NCBI RefSeq assembly: GCF_036971445.1
Contig: NC_091470.1
Coordinates: 190,340,001 to 190,404,000 of the forward strand
Reading direction: 5' to 3'
Length of the DNA stretch: 64,000 nt
Origin: Narcine bancroftii
Taxonomy: Eukaryota
The notes beneath the pieces were generated by a model. That model was not told the origin of the DNA and did no database searches. It worked only from the letters and a program-made list of their open reading frames with translations. Both the position numbers and the translations under genes were made by a program. Positions 61,668 to 64,000 of the stretch are shown one piece after another. The stretch's first letter is position 1. Each line of letters opens with the position of its first letter.

Positions 61668-63820
61668 TCACTGTGGGCAATATTGTTCCTCCTCTGTCAG
61701 CAAAGGGAATTGCCTCTTCGGAGCTAGAGCCGCATGGGGTGCCTGATGTACTGGGGGTGGCACTGACAATCTCTGGGGCTGGACCCAATGCTCATTTTGT
61801 GGTGGTCCATATCCTCTTCCCCCAGTGTCCCGAGGATCCCAAGCTAGGGGGCAGTCTCTCTTCCAGTGTCCTGGCTGACCGCATACAAAACATACGGCTG
61901 GTTGCATTCGTGGAGCACCCCGACCTCTCCCTCTTACTCGGAATCCCCCCATTGGACCTCCCGTTCTGCCCACATAGGTGGGACCCGGTGCCCAATATGG
62001 GGCCGGGTGCCAACTCATATTATTCCCTTGTGGTGGCTGCGGTGGATGCTGAATCATCTGGTTCGCACCCTTTGAGGGATTCTTTTTTGCCTCGTTTGCC
62101 TTTTTCCTAGCCTCTTCCAATTGAAGCTTAAGGAGTTGCACTTGTGCCGACTCCGTAGTTTGTTTGTCCTCCTTTTGCTTAGCCCTGTAACGTTTCATGT
62201 GATGGGTCAAATGTTTTTCCCATTGCTCACTCGAGCAGCCAGGAATATCAGGGTTATTCTCTAATGCCTCCCTAACTACAGCTGGCAGTCCGCTCGTTAC
62301 TGCAGCCCTAAAGAGTGTAGTCTGCAAGGGATCTGTGGCTGGGTGTACTCCTGCTTTATCCGTCCAACTCTCCCTACACTGACTCAAAAAGGTCAAGATC
62401 TCCTCATCCTCCTTTATGGAAAAGGTCAGGGACTGCATGACACCGGGGGGAACGGGAAACTTATCCCGCATTGCCCCTCCTACTGCCGTAGCATGGTTGG
62501 CAAATGGCTCGGCATCGAGGCACCTAGTGATTCCTGCGATCATTTCTACCTGCTGTATCTCCCACAGCCCAAGCTGTTTACCCAATAATGCTCTCCAATC
62601 CCCTATGGCTATCTTATGTCCCATCGTATATTGGCAGAACTTTCCCATCCACGCTCCACCTCCCTCAGTCGGAGGTGGCATTTTGTCCAAAATACAATTC
62701 ATGTCGGTGAATGAGAAGGGTTGATACCTTTCCCCAATTTGCGGACCCTCATAAATTAGCGGCATCTGTCTATACCTTTCTGGAAGCCGTACTTCCTCCC
62801 TGTCCCGCAACGCATATCCCAAAGGGGAACGAGGGTTATCCTGACTCTATCTTCTGTGTATGATCATGCTTCCCCTGAACGTGACTGGCTGTTCCTCCTC
62901 TTCATTCTCAACACTCACACTAGCTAGATCAGTATCCTCGTTCTGCTCTCTCTCCCGTTCCCATCTGACACTCGCTGGGTCATTTCCCTTCCTATTCTCC
63001 TCTTGTCCCAGCTCTCTCTCATCTGTATTTTCCAAGCCCCTACTATTTTTCCTTACTGCACATCTATCGTTCTGTACTTCGTGCACCCACTCTTTTGTTT
63101 CCTCCACTCTCTCCTGCGCAACTCTCTTCAGTCTCTCCTTTGCCTCATGTAGTTCTGGACCTGTTAACTCAGTGACATTCATTATTCCCTCACTTATCTG
63201 CATCGCTGGCATTTGGGGAATAGGATAAGGTGGTGGCAATGTCTTCGGTAACTCTGGATATAACAGGGCTGACGGCTTCACCTCCCCCGTATTCTCCTTA
63301 GTGATATGGGATCCCTTTTTAATATCATGTTGAAGGTTCGCTTCCACAGCCATGCAAGCCAATGTCATAATGTGTAAATCTGCCCTTCTCTGTTCCTTCA
63401 CTTCTCTCTTGTTTAAACCTTCTTCTATTCCATATAGATCCTTGTCCTTTTGCCTCATGTTCCTGTACCTCCTTGGCTGCTTCCCTCTCTGCTTCTCCTA
63501 AGTACAGTACCAGCCGGATTTTTTCAAATCCTCGTGGTACCTTCCCCTGACTCTGCAGCTCTCTCCATATCTATTCGCACCGTGCCATAGCCTGCACCTC
63601 CTCTCCCTTCGGTAATCCTCCCAGTAATTGATTCCTTGTTTTTTCCCACTGTCGGTTTACAGATGGGGGAACCCCTCTGTCTCCCCCGAGCTCTTGCCCT
63701 ACATCCCTATTTACTCCTTCCATCTCCGTTCCGATCTTTAACCCTTTAGACCGTACTTCACTGGGTCTCTCCCCTGGTAGGATTTTGACACCCTGCAATT
63801 TACTTCGTCCCTTCCCACAT
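61668..63820 (-). pseudogene. gag: ERV-B gag (frameshifted/stopped)
   Basis: Reconstructed start M-GKGRSK at 63820 (needs a 1-nt correction); LYPEL and PPPY late domains; CFVCGQPGHWKRDC knuckle; ends TGA in frame with protease. Confidence 0.88.
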
Positions 63821-64000
63821 TATTATGAACACCAGCGGCACACTGTACACAATCCTTAAACAAATACTTATTATAAACTATTATGATACACTAGACGATT
63901 CCTAAACAGATACTTATACACTATAGAAGCAAATAACTATAAAACAATACACCTTATACAGATACTGATTATACACTACTATGGTATACGATCCTTAATC

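Larger units (their letters stand above)
55504..64000 (-). mobile_element. ERV family B provirus (epsilon-like), 5' LTR beyond the window
   Basis: 3' LTR 55504-~56170 (U3 start deleted), then env, pol, pro, gag and leader in canonical order. Confidence 0.93.

Overview
Vertebrate genomic DNA, most likely from a cartilaginous fish (inferred from the mix of CR1, V-SINE/HE1-type, Penelope-like, Rex/Babar and L1 repeats and the style of the MHC gene). The large majority of the window is transposable element. The one host gene is a highly divergent (nonclassical) MHC class I-like heavy-chain gene on the + strand. It has a CpG-rich promoter and five exons: leader 10054-10126, alpha1 27179-27427, alpha2 34647-34913, alpha3 35771-36046 and a hydrophobic last coding exon 45650-45735. 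All four introns are phase 1 (intron 3 is GC-AG) and the exons splice into one open 316-aa frame. The alpha2 domain has lost the peptide-anchoring residues and gained a second Cys pair, several beta2m contacts are changed, and the protein stops right after a 15-aa hydrophobic tail (GPI-signal-like). Intron 1 holds two defective PBS-Pro ERVs (family 'A') nested in opposite orientation; one carries a solo LTR of family 'B', the other a 1.1-kb non-viral insert. At the right end a near-complete epsilon-like ERV ('B', minus strand) sits in a third A copy. It has a 2H/CNPase-like phosphoesterase domain between protease and RT, a UGA-CGG gag/pol junction and an ERV3-type env homologous to the env relic of family A. 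Also present: BEL/Pao and Gypsy remnants, solo LTRs with TSDs, L1/RTE/CR1/Rex fragments, Chapaev-, hAT- and Tigger-type nonautonomous DNA transposons, and a 3.6-kb 48-bp minisatellite. All assignments are by-eye motif recognition; no database search was run.
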